A DNA stretch of 64,000 nucleotides, taken from a virus. Its lineage: Duplodnaviria > Caudoviricetes. The DNA lies in the IMG/VR virus record IMGVR_UViG_3300028591_000095, positions 32,001 to 96,000 of that record; one strand, 5' to 3'. Shown piece by piece: positions 55,481 to 64,000 of this stretch (position 1 is the stretch's first letter; each line of letters starts with the position of its first letter). Below the pieces are notes generated by a model. That model searched no databases. It saw only the letters and a list, made by a program, of their open reading frames with translations, and was not told where the DNA came from. A program made the translations under genes and the position numbers.

Positions 55481-57937
55481 ATGAATACCTGTGTGGCAGT
55501 CACACCAGGTGAAGCAGCTTTGGATAACTTAGGACCTCTCGTAAATATGTTAACATATGAAGATGACTTCACTGAGCAAACTGTCACATTAGGTATCATG
55601 ATGGATAAGAGAAACGATACTTTGTATATACACAAAGGAATCGACATTGAGTTCCTTAGAAAGCTTCTCATAAACACAACGATTGTTGAGGATCTTGATT
55701 ATGAAGGTGAAGATATGAAGTTCCAGTTTGAAGAACTCATAGCTCCGCGTAATGAAGAACAAGTCGATGTTATCAATTTCATAGCTGGTGAGAAAGACTT
55801 CGAAGATAATCGAGATGATTCAAGATTGTTTGTTGTAAAGAAACCTGGTTTCGGCAAAATGCAACCATTCTTTACCAAGATAGCAACACCTGATGGATAT
55901 GTCAAAATGGCTGATATTCGTCCTGGTAGTACCGTATTTAATGAAAACGGTAATGAATGCAAAGTGTTAAAAATATTCGATCATGGTCCACAAAAAGTAT
56001 ATCAGATCAAATTCTCTGATGGTCGAATGACATATTGTGGTGATGAACATCTTTGGCGTGTAAAAGAAGATGGTGAATGGCATACCAAACCATTATATGA
56101 AATCCGTAATTCATATATGTCATACATGACCAGATGCAAATATCGTTATGAGATTCCTAAGAATGGTTTCATTAAATATCCATGGCATTTTTCTAAGGTT
56201 GACCCTTTCACATATGGAATATGTGTTGGATTAGCAAATCATAATAAGAAGCATTTGACATTCGATGTTGAATATTATCAACTTGAAAAAGTCCGTTCTA
56301 TTGTAATGGATATATGTAATATCAATGATTGGGAATATCGATTCGAAAACAATTCATTTGAATTCTTGGACAAAACCATGCGTTGGATTAAACATGATGA
56401 AATATTCTACAATGGTACTTATTACATTCCGAAGAATATGAAATATTCCTCTACACGTTTAGCATTATTAGGTGGAATATTAGAATCAATGGTATGGGCG
56501 AATAACGCAAGAGTTATTTCATCAAATCGATTAGAATTATTGAATGATATTATTGACATATTCCGTTCATGTGGATGTTATGCCAAATTGAAGATTAGTA
56601 AATATAGTAATATCGCAAGTATCGAATTTGGTTTATCTCAAACGGTAATATGTGAAACATGTGAAGACTGTCGTAAGTATTTCAAACGTTGGTGGAATAC
56701 ATATACCAAACGTAACAAAGAACCAATCTACATCAAAGACGTTAAAGAATTCGGTACATATCAATGTAGATGTATCCAAGTAGATAGTCCTGATAAGTTA
56801 TATCTGACAGATGATTATGTAGTTACTCATAATACATATTGTACTGGATATGGAATCGGTCTGTATAAAAAGAAAGCTCTCATCATAATGCATCGAGATT
56901 CGTTACGTACACAATGGAATGAATCATTATACATGATGAATGGATTTGAACATAGATTCGTTCATGAGATTGCTGATACAAAAGAATTGTATGATATTGC
57001 ATGCGGTAATTGGGATAAAGATTATGACATATATCTCATAACTCATGCAACATTCCGTGCTGGATTAAAACGTATCGGGGACTTGAAGCTTGCACAGAAC
57101 ATTGTCAAGAATCTTGGTATCGGTGTAAAGATAATCGATGAAGCACATCTTGAATTCAAAGATATATTACTACTTGATATTGTATGTAATGTCAAACGTA
57201 ATATCTATCTGACAGCTACTCCAGGTCGTAGTCAACGTGAAGAAAATAAAATCTATTGGTATGTATTCAAAGGAGCTAACTTCTACGCTCCATCTACTGA
57301 ATTGAATAACAACATGCCGAAGAAATGGATGAACTATGTGACAGTCAGATTATCATCAGAATGTAATCCTAATATCTATCGATGGAGAGTCAATGGTGGT
57401 AAAGGAATGAATGCTGTATCATACGGCAAATGGGTTATTGAATACGATAAAAAGAAACGTCATTTCAAATGTTGTAAAGAACTTGTGATGCAATGCTTTG
57501 ATCGTGATCAAAATGCCAAAGTTCTCATATTGATACCATTGATTTCATTATGTGATAAACTGATGGATTTCCTTATTGATGAACTTGATAAGGAAAATCA
57601 ATTCAAGTATGCATTGACTATAAGAACTATCAACTCGACTAATTCAAAATCTGATAATGAATATAACAAGAAAGCTGACGTGATTATATCTACCTTAGGA
57701 AGTATGGGTGTTGGTACTGACGTTAAAGGTTTGACTGATATAATCAACATGACTCCATATTGTAGTAAGCTCACAGCTGAACAATCTCTTGGACGTGTTC
57801 GTTATTCTGGTAAGATAGGTCATTACTATGACATCATTGATACATCTGTGCCAATGGACAAGTATTGGTGGAGAGCTCGTTCAAAAACATTGAAGAGACT
57901 TTCTAAGAAAGATGAAATACTTGATTGGAATGAATGA
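55481..57937 (+). CDS. SF2 DExH helicase (UvsW-like) with intein
   Basis: Walker A PGFGK|T is split by the intein; IIDEAH, LTATPGR and QSLGRVR motifs. Confidence 0.85.
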   Translation: MNTCVAVTPGEAALDNLGPLVNMLTYEDDFTEQTVTLGIMMDKRNDTLYIHKGIDIEFLRKLLINTTIVEDLDYEGEDMKFQFEELIAPRNEEQVDVINFIAGEKDFEDNRDDSRLFVVKKPGFGKMQPFFTKIATPDGYVKMADIRPGSTVFNENGNECKVLKIFDHGPQKVYQIKFSDGRMTYCGDEHLWRVKEDGEWHTKPLYEIRNSYMSYMTRCKYRYEIPKNGFIKYPWHFSKVDPFTYGICVGLANHNKKHLTFDVEYYQLEKVRSIVMDICNINDWEYRFENNSFEFLDKTMRWIKHDEIFYNGTYYIPKNMKYSSTRLALLGGILESMVWANNARVISSNRLELLNDIIDIFRSCGCYAKLKISKYSNIASIEFGLSQTVICETCEDCRKYFKRWWNTYTKRNKEPIYIKDVKEFGTYQCRCIQVDSPDKLYLTDDYVVTHNTYCTGYGIGLYKKKALIIMHRDSLRTQWNESLYMMNGFEHRFVHEIADTKELYDIACGNWDKDYDIYLITHATFRAGLKRIGDLKLAQNIVKNLGIGVKIIDEAHLEFKDILLLDIVCNVKRNIYLTATPGRSQREENKIYWYVFKGANFYAPSTELNNNMPKKWMNYVTVRLSSECNPNIYRWRVNGGKGMNAVSYGKWVIEYDKKKRHFKCCKELVMQCFDRDQNAKVLILIPLISLCDKLMDFLIDELDKENQFKYALTIRTINSTNSKSDNEYNKKADVIISTLGSMGVGTDVKGLTDIINMTPYCSKLTAEQSLGRVRYSGKIGHYYDIIDTSVPMDKYWWRARSKTLKRLSKKDEILDWNE
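55859..56833 (+). mobile_element. Class 3 intein (325 aa, Met1) with degenerate LAGLIDADG region
   Basis: Starts MQPFFTKIATPDG; block B CGDEHLW; block F CRCIQVDSPDKLYL; ends VVTHN|T. W-C-T triad present. Confidence 0.85.
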
Positions 57938-57965
57938 ATAATCCCCGGGAATTCCCGGGGATTAT
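57938..57965 (+). terminator. Palindromic terminator
   Basis: ATAATCCCCGGGAATTCCCGGGGATTAT. Confidence 0.75.
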
Positions 57966-57989
57966 ATTTCCTATTATTATTAAAAACGA

Positions 57990-58008
57990 TATATATATCA
58001 TTATTATG
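57990..58008 (+). promoter_or_regulatory. Putative early promoter, copy 6
   Basis: TATATATATCATTATTATG. Confidence 0.65.
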
Positions 58009-58179
58009 GTCTAGGGAAGATGTATTCATCTGGACGGACTAATAAGACATACCTCGGAACAATGAGGATCTTATTAGGAACTTCAAATGAAGCTCTTTAT
58101 CCGAAAACCAACCGGCGTGAGGAGGCCCAAATCTCCGCCATCCAAAACTACAATATTTATGCAAAGGATGGTAATTCAC

Positions 58180-58932
58180 ATGAAAATCATGGACGTTAAG
58201 GTTTATCTTGAAGTAGTAGCTCTTCTGGCACTTATTATCGCAATGGTGACAGGATGCTGTAAAGTAGGCAAAGGCGCAAGAGTCACAATTGACAACACCA
58301 AACTCGCAATTGCTGAAGTCACAGTTCCGAAGCCATATCCCGTAATAGGTACAGCATTATCAACAGACTTCGTGAAAGTAACCTACACCACAGACAGTAA
58401 CTTCATACCCATTTCAGTCGAATCAACAGTGGATACGACAGAAACAACATCGATTGAAACGGAAGAGATGACTGAACCTGTGGCACTCGAAATGAATTTC
58501 AATGCCGATACGAATATCGAGGATGACATGAATGTCGACGTTACGGAAATGTCATTCGAACCTAACGACTACGGTGTATATCCGTCTGTAGCTTCGGGCT
58601 ACATAACAGAAGAGGAACGCATATTCCTCTGCAATACGGTTGGTACCGAATACGGTAGTGACTGGGTTAGTCTTTATGACAAAGCTTTAGTTGTGGACAC
58701 TGTAATGACCAGAGTAGAACAGGGCTGTTGGACAAACGGTCTGGAGTCTAACGTGTACAATGTCCTCACGGCACCCAATCAGTACGATCCGTCTTACACA
58801 GACGGCTGGATGCATGACAACGTTACAGAATCATGCATCGATGCTGTGGAGTATTACTTCCAGCACAAAGATGAGTTTCCGCATTACACATCTTTCTACG
58901 GAGATGGTGTGGAAAATCATTTCTACTATTAA
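58180..58932 (+). CDS. SleB/Hydrolase_2-like cell wall hydrolase with N-terminal membrane/lipoprotein anchor
   Basis: LLALIIAMVTGC anchor; acidic linker; LCNTVGTEYG..KALVVDTVMTRV..NVYNVLTAPNQY SleB-type motif. Confidence 0.7.
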   Translation: MKIMDVKVYLEVVALLALIIAMVTGCCKVGKGARVTIDNTKLAIAEVTVPKPYPVIGTALSTDFVKVTYTTDSNFIPISVESTVDTTETTSIETEEMTEPVALEMNFNADTNIEDDMNVDVTEMSFEPNDYGVYPSVASGYITEEERIFLCNTVGTEYGSDWVSLYDKALVVDTVMTRVEQGCWTNGLESNVYNVLTAPNQYDPSYTDGWMHDNVTESCIDAVEYYFQHKDEFPHYTSFYGDGVENHFYY

Positions 58933-58956
58933 GCAACCCTGAAGGGAGATGGGTCT

Positions 58957-59187
58957 ATGAAGAAGGGCACACAGATTTGGCGGGTGGTAGTAGATAAGGG
59001 TTCAAGAGTTAGCATCATGGACTCTGATCGAAATCCTGTAAAAGTAACGCGATCTCAGAGAAACGCACTAATTGACTGGAAAAACGAAAAGTTCTTGGTG
59101 AACATTATCAAGGAATTTTCCAATAACAAGATATTGCATCCTGAATTCACCATCGTACAGAATGGTGAAATCGTGTTTAAAATGTGA
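58957..59187 (+). CDS. Hypothetical protein
   Basis: 76 aa ORF before the terminator. Confidence 0.5.
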   Translation: MKKGTQIWRVVVDKGSRVSIMDSDRNPVKVTRSQRNALIDWKNEKFLVNIIKEFSNNKILHPEFTIVQNGEIVFKM

Positions 59188-59192
59188 GTGTA

Positions 59193-59217
59193 TATGCAGG
59201 GCTTCGCGCCCTGCATA
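59193..59217. terminator. Bidirectional terminator
   Basis: TATGCAGGGC-TTCGC-GCCCTGCATA between convergent genes. Confidence 0.75.
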
Positions 59218-59226
59218 ATACCTTCT

Positions 59227-59619
59227 TCATGGCACATCGATGTCAGTGTCGTTCGGAGCATCTGCTTCCACTGGGTGAACGACGTTGGCGAATTCATCAG
59301 TTGTTAAGGAAATATCATCATTCGAAGGAACATCTTCGTTTGGTGATTTTCCTTTTTTGTTAAGCTGTTTGCCTACCTGGTTAATACCTACTGCACCAGC
59401 ACCTGTTGATATACCAATGAATACAGCTTCAATGATGTTGTTTCCCATCTCAACATCTGTAAAGTAATATCCACAAACACTAAGGATGATTCCATAGATG
59501 ATTGCGAATATAGGAAGATAATACGAGATGTCTTTCTTGAAGAGTGATGCTATATACTTGGTAGTCGAAACGAGTATGGTTACGAATGATGATAAGGTAA
59601 TGATACTGAATTCTAACAT
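59227..59619 (-). CDS. Holin
   Basis: Three hydrophobic segments with YLPIFAIIYG..AVFIGISTGAGAVGINQVGKQ, typical of Firmicute phage holins; acidic tail. Confidence 0.75.
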   Translation of the reverse strand: MLEFSIITLSSFVTILVSTTKYIASLFKKDISYYLPIFAIIYGIILSVCGYYFTDVEMGNNIIEAVFIGISTGAGAVGINQVGKQLNKKGKSPNEDVPSNDDISLTTDEFANVVHPVEADAPNDTDIDVP

Positions 59620-59695
59620 ATTAATCAGCTCCTTTTATTATTTGGACTTATGTCCATTACTAGAAGGTACTTATATTTCAAAGGAGGAAACCCTA

Positions 59696-60724
59696 ATGAA
59701 CAATAAAATGCTTATTGTACATCACACTGATGCAGATGGTCATTGTGCTGCAGCGTTGGTCAAGTATGAACTTGCGGGACCGAACGTCATCAATTACTAT
59801 GCATACAACTATGCAGGAGAAATCAAATGTGATGTTGATAGCGGTACAACAGTTTATCTTGTTGACATCAGTATGAGTAATGATGTAGAAACATTCATCA
59901 AGTCGTGTCTTGATAATCAGTGCAAGATTATCCACATCGATCATCACAAGACCAGTGTTGATTACTACAACGAGAACAAGGTTGATGATCCTAAATGGGT
60001 TTATTTTGTACATGATGAGAATGATGAAAGAAATGGTGCTATCAGTGGATGCTTACTCACATTTATCTACTCATGTATGAATAGTGATAAGAGACAACAT
60101 CCAATGGATGCTGATTTCGATCTCACTGAACTCAGAGACCATCTCATCTTTGATGGTAATACTGATATGGAATATCGCGTTCCTTATCTTGTAAGACTCA
60201 TCGATGATCATGATGTCTGGAGACATAAGATGAAGGAAACTAAACCTTTCGCTTATGCTTACAAGAGAATGCCAAAGGAAATCACAATACCTGAGAATGA
60301 AGACTTCTGGGAAGCTATCTATAATGATAATCACAGAGTTATATTTGCAGCAATTCAATCAGGTGAACGCTATGTACAGGATGAAGAAGAATCTAATGCA
60401 ATACTCAGAGAGACGGGTGGATTCGAAACCGACATCTTCGGAAACAACTGTTACTGTCTGAATAACCTCAAAGCTGGATCTGATCAGTTTGGTGATGAAT
60501 ATGCTGATCATGATATGGTTTGTCGTTTTGCATATACTGGAAAAGGTTGGAGCTACTCACTGTACAGCAGTAAAGAAAATGTAGACTGTTCTGAGATTGC
60601 TAAACAGTACGACGGCGGTGGACATCGTGGAGCTGCAGGTTTCAAACTCGACTATTGTATATTCGGTGGTCAACCTCCAAAGAAATCACTGTGGCAAAAG
60701 ATCAAAGAGTTCTTTATGCATTAA
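59696..60724 (+). CDS. DHH/DHHA1 phosphoesterase
   Basis: HHTDADG, LVDIS, IDHHK and GGGHRGAAG motifs; start ATG 59696 (RBS AAGGAGG). Confidence 0.85.
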   Translation: MNNKMLIVHHTDADGHCAAALVKYELAGPNVINYYAYNYAGEIKCDVDSGTTVYLVDISMSNDVETFIKSCLDNQCKIIHIDHHKTSVDYYNENKVDDPKWVYFVHDENDERNGAISGCLLTFIYSCMNSDKRQHPMDADFDLTELRDHLIFDGNTDMEYRVPYLVRLIDDHDVWRHKMKETKPFAYAYKRMPKEITIPENEDFWEAIYNDNHRVIFAAIQSGERYVQDEEESNAILRETGGFETDIFGNNCYCLNNLKAGSDQFGDEYADHDMVCRFAYTGKGWSYSLYSSKENVDCSEIAKQYDGGGHRGAAGFKLDYCIFGGQPPKKSLWQKIKEFFMH

Positions 60725-60730
60725 AAGTAA

Positions 60731-60750
60731 TCCCCCGGGAGACCGGGGGA
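60731..60750. terminator. Bidirectional terminator
   Basis: TCCCCCGG-GAGA-CCGGGGGA. Confidence 0.75.
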
Positions 60751-60755
60751 TATCT

Positions 60756-62705
60756 TTAAATCTTTACTATGGTTTCCAGTGGAGTCTCACGTTGTTTACG
60801 ATTGTTCAATGTTGAACACAATCCCTTCTTAACAGAGTTGGATACATCCTGGAACAGTAATCCTGATAAGAAGTTTGATGTTTGAACCAATGTTCGGAAA
60901 TTATCTTTTTTGTACGAGAGTTGGTTAACTGATGGATCTTTACCATACACCTTGGCAAATGTATCGAAGTCTTCTGTACGACATGTACGACGAACCAACA
61001 TCTCATAGATGATTGATGGTGACTCGAGATCTATCTTATTCATAGCCAGACAGTTGAAGAGCATCTGTACAAGTAATGAATAAGGAATCTGAGCTACCTT
61101 TGAATACAAGAATATCTGATTGATGAAGTATTCAACATTTACAATGTTCTGACGAATTGCAAGCTTTGTAACAGCTGAGTCAGGTTCATATGTTATAATA
61201 GTATAGTCACTGTCTTCTTGTGGTTCAGCATACAAATTAAACGTCAACAATGATGGAATTGTAATCAAGGTTGTTGCAATCTCTTTATCATTCTTATCAT
61301 AGAACTTTGCAGGTACAACACCAAGACATGCAATGTATGTGGGTTCACGCTCGAATCCTACGAGATCCACATCTCCTTCAGTTTCATCTTTGATACGTGG
61401 GATGAATATTCTCATCTTTTCTTTATTGAACAGGTATCCATCTTTGATATAAACCTTATCTGTATCTGAAAGCATTGTCTTCTCAACCTTCATAGCACCA
61501 GCAGATTGAGAAAGATTGTGTTTTGATTTCAGCTTGATATTCAGGATTCTATCTGTAAACTGTGTACACAACAAACCGATTCGTGTAACACCGAATTGAT
61601 AGAACAATGGACCAGCACACTTAGCACAAATAAGATCATGTGTACAACATGCTGGTGAGCAGAGTTTAACTGTTTTACCCATATATGATCCAATGTTCTT
61701 ACTTGTCAATGTGACAATCTTTGAACCATCAACAATGTTGCGTTCCAATACATATGGAGCTGTTATATCATCGATTGTGAGTGGGATTGTTGCTTTAGTA
61801 CCACAGTCTGATTTAGGATTCGGATCAAGTTCTTCAGACTGAAGTAATGCCATCATCTTTTTTGACATGTAACCTGCATCAGCTGTACCAACGGCTGATG
61901 GATATGCACCAGCAACAATTGAGTTTGCGAACGCTGGGATACCTGTACGATCAATACCATCCATCATGGAGTTCTTTACAACATCATATCTCTGAGTGAT
62001 ATCATTGAATACAGCACCACGCATAACGTTGATTGTTTTGTAGTTATTATCCAAATCATATACGCCGGAGTTGAATAGATCATTTACTTCTCCAGCAGTC
62101 TTAAGATTCTCTCTAACGAGTTTCATGAGATCAGCTTCAATTGCATTGGATCTCATAACCTGTTGAATAGGATCGTTTGAATTGAGTTCGTTTGCGTATT
62201 GTCTGAACAACTCTTCTTTACGTTTGTTAACGTTCTCCATAGGTCTGAGTAATGATCCGGATACTGCAGTTCCTAAGAAACAACAAACCCATGCTGCAAG
62301 TCTATCACGAGAATCGATTACGTTAGCTTGATCAGTTGTTGTAATCTGGTCAGTAACAACTAACTCTGCGATCATTCTCTCAAACTTACCAGTTCCTTTT
62401 TTACCAAGAGGAATATTCCAATACTTTGTTACTTGAATAACATGAGACCCTTCAAGAACATAACGGTTGAACAACAACATACCGAGTGAAGTTTCAGTTG
62501 GACCAATTACATATGGATATTCTTCTGGAGTTAACATTATATGAGCATTGCAATCGAAGTTTGCATATTTGAAAGTATTTGATTCACGATCATGATATGA
62601 TGCGAACATGTCTTCGATGAATGCTTTGGTGATTTGTTCAACTGGGGTTGACAATAATTTCTGTTTACCCAGTTTGGTATTCTGAGCATCAGCCATAACT
62701 ACCAT
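60756..62705 (-). CDS. Phage multisubunit RNA polymerase beta' subunit, C-terminal fragment (probably virion RNAP)
   Basis: Bridge-helix-like AVGTADAGYMSKKM, DCGT, Zn site SPACC..ICAKCAG, trigger-loop-like IGLLCTQ..LKSKH. No DxDGD motif, so it must be encoded elsewhere. Confidence 0.8.
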   Translation of the reverse strand: MVVMADAQNTKLGKQKLLSTPVEQITKAFIEDMFASYHDRESNTFKYANFDCNAHIMLTPEEYPYVIGPTETSLGMLLFNRYVLEGSHVIQVTKYWNIPLGKKGTGKFERMIAELVVTDQITTTDQANVIDSRDRLAAWVCCFLGTAVSGSLLRPMENVNKRKEELFRQYANELNSNDPIQQVMRSNAIEADLMKLVRENLKTAGEVNDLFNSGVYDLDNNYKTINVMRGAVFNDITQRYDVVKNSMMDGIDRTGIPAFANSIVAGAYPSAVGTADAGYMSKKMMALLQSEELDPNPKSDCGTKATIPLTIDDITAPYVLERNIVDGSKIVTLTSKNIGSYMGKTVKLCSPACCTHDLICAKCAGPLFYQFGVTRIGLLCTQFTDRILNIKLKSKHNLSQSAGAMKVEKTMLSDTDKVYIKDGYLFNKEKMRIFIPRIKDETEGDVDLVGFEREPTYIACLGVVPAKFYDKNDKEIATTLITIPSLLTFNLYAEPQEDSDYTIITYEPDSAVTKLAIRQNIVNVEYFINQIFLYSKVAQIPYSLLVQMLFNCLAMNKIDLESPSIIYEMLVRRTCRTEDFDTFAKVYGKDPSVNQLSYKKDNFRTLVQTSNFLSGLLFQDVSNSVKKGLCSTLNNRKQRETPLETIVKI

Positions 62706-62722
62706 CCTTTCTTAACATAAAG

Positions 62723-62736
62723 ATTATCGATTGGTT
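62723..62736 (-). promoter_or_regulatory. Putative late promoter AACC-N6-TAAT
   Basis: ACCAACCAATCGATAATCTT. Confidence 0.55.
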
Positions 62737-62759
62737 GGTTCTAGAATTTTATAATTCGA

Positions 62760-62778
62760 TATTTATATCATTTAAATG
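62760..62778 (+). promoter_or_regulatory. Putative early promoter, copy 7
   Basis: TATTTATATCATTTAAATG. Confidence 0.65.
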
Positions 62779-62828
62779 GAATAGAGAACAAGGTACTCGT
62801 TCCAATATATTTATAAGGAGGAATCTAA

Positions 62829-64000
62829 ATGGGATATAATAAATTCTTATTCCCGATGATGATGTTACTGAGAAAGGCTAAACCCGATGAATCTATTATC
62901 AATGAATTGATAAAGAAACGTGTTTGGTACTCTCTGGACATCTCAACAATCTATCATGACATAACCCCAGTGCTTTCAGTCATAACACCTAACACGGCTC
63001 CAAAGTCTGTATATGTGGATGAAGAAACAGAAGATGAACTGTTTGCAATGTATCATACACCTTATGGACGTTCATCAGCAAATATCGTGTTTTATAAAAA
63101 CACACCTATTCTCGTAGTAAAGACACATAATGACAAACAGAGTATGTCTGACTATAGTCTCGTAACCTTCAACAATAAGCATTGTAGACTTGCGGTTATG
63201 GAGTTTGTCAAAAAGTGTTACAAAATGAGACATAAATATGCAGTAAGACCATTCGTTGGTCAGATCAATATTGTTGATTACGGTGGACGCAATGGACAAT
63301 ACTTCAACTGCGACAAGAAGACATTTGCTGACGTATTCTTACCGGATGAACAGCAGAATGCCATCGTAAATGGTATCAATGATTTCATTAATAAAATACC
63401 GTGGATGGAAGAAAATCGAATTCCTACTCATTACGGAATACTTCTGTATGGAACACCAGGCTGTGGAAGAACATCTATCATCAAGGCTATAATTAATAAC
63501 TGGAATATCAGACCACATTATATTCAGACTCTTGAAGATCTTCCTGAGTTAGTAATGTCACATCTTCCAAAAAGAAAATCACCAACTGATGAAATCCATA
63601 TGGTAATTTGTGAGGATATTGACTGCACTCTGTTCAATCGTCAGAAAGGATTCGAAGACTCAGACGATGAGCCAAAAGAAATATTCTCAACCGGTGATAT
63701 GTCTGCTCATCCAAGACATAGAGAAAGAAAGAAATCATTGTCTCAGGTTCTTAATAGTATTGATGGTCTGGTTGCGCCTCACAATACGATCTTCATATTT
63801 ACAACCAACCATATCGAGGAACTTGACCCAGCTCTTATCAGACCAGGTCGTATGGATCTCCATCTGGAGATAAAACCTGTCTGTGAAGAAACATTAAATA
63901 AATTCTGTCTCAAATTCTTCGGTAAAGGAATTCCAAAAGACTTCAAATGCAAAGAGGGAATTCTGTTCTCTCAGTTACAAACAATCATAATGGGTAATGG
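62829..64000 (+). CDS. BCS1-like AAA+ ATPase (partial, runs off right edge)
   Basis: Manual translation from ATG 62829 gives GILLYGTPGCGRTS, ICEDID, LSQVLNSIDG and FTTNHIEELDPALIRPGRMD. Confidence 0.8.
   Translation, partial: MGYNKFLFPMMMLLRKAKPDESIINELIKKRVWYSLDISTIYHDITPVLSVITPNTAPKSVYVDEETEDELFAMYHTPYGRSSANIVFYKNTPILVVKTHNDKQSMSDYSLVTFNNKHCRLAVMEFVKKCYKMRHKYAVRPFVGQINIVDYGGRNGQYFNCDKKTFADVFLPDEQQNAIVNGINDFINKIPWMEENRIPTHYGILLYGTPGCGRTSIIKAIINNWNIRPHYIQTLEDLPELVMSHLPKRKSPTDEIHMVICEDIDCTLFNRQKGFEDSDDEPKEIFSTGDMSAHPRHRERKKSLSQVLNSIDGLVAPHNTIFIFTTNHIEELDPALIRPGRMDLHLEIKPVCEETLNKFCLKFFGKGIPKDFKCKEGILFSQLQTIIMGN

Noticed and set aside
8877-60750. Recurrent CCCC/GGGG palindromes as a mobile repeat family or operator
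   Set aside because: Sequences differ and almost all sit at gene 3' ends, so they are adequately explained as intrinsic terminators.
2186-63873. Numerous short ORFs in the track overlapping long genes in other frames or antisense (e.g. 3824..4216, 27609..28175, 40377..40865, 49705..50256)
   Set aside because: Shadow ORFs: no RBS and fully nested in well-supported genes.
1-64000. CRISPR array, DGR, stop-codon reassignment
   Set aside because: No repeat-spacer array and no RT or TR/VR pair seen; genes are full-length under the standard code and all three stop codons are used.

Overview
A 64 kb segment of a lytic jumbo phage of the phiKZ/AR9(PBS1)-like type, probably infecting a Ruminococcus-like (cellulosome-bearing) Firmicute. 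The host call is an inference from Ruminococcus-style dockerins, Firmicute-type RBSs, the holin and a SleB-like enzyme. The minus strand carries mostly virion genes: tail-fibre/RBP-like proteins, a 3034-aa tape-measure/tail-lysin polyprotein, a neck-like protein, the major capsid protein, a T4 gp21-type prohead protease, internal head proteins, a gp25-like baseplate protein and two split multisubunit RNA polymerase subunits. The plus strand carries mostly early and replication genes: small hypothetical clusters, dCMP deaminase, the N-half of a split family-B DNA polymerase, a GyrA/ParC-like subunit, an intein-containing SF2 helicase, a DHH phosphoesterase and a BCS1-like AAA ATPase. Most notable: (1) a late operon with two dockerin-bearing phage proteins, one fused to an L,D-transpeptidase-family domain and one to a module also inserted in the major capsid protein, suggesting cellulosome/cohesin hijacking; (2) a 7-copy early-promoter motif, each copy followed directly by a 5' RNA hairpin, one of which expands into a ~210-nt structured RNA; (3) an AR9-like late-promoter motif; (4) a Met1 class-3 intein; (5) duplicated C39-like protease domains bracketed by G-S/N-G motifs in the tape measure protein. 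All calls come from motif recognition by eye; no searches were run.
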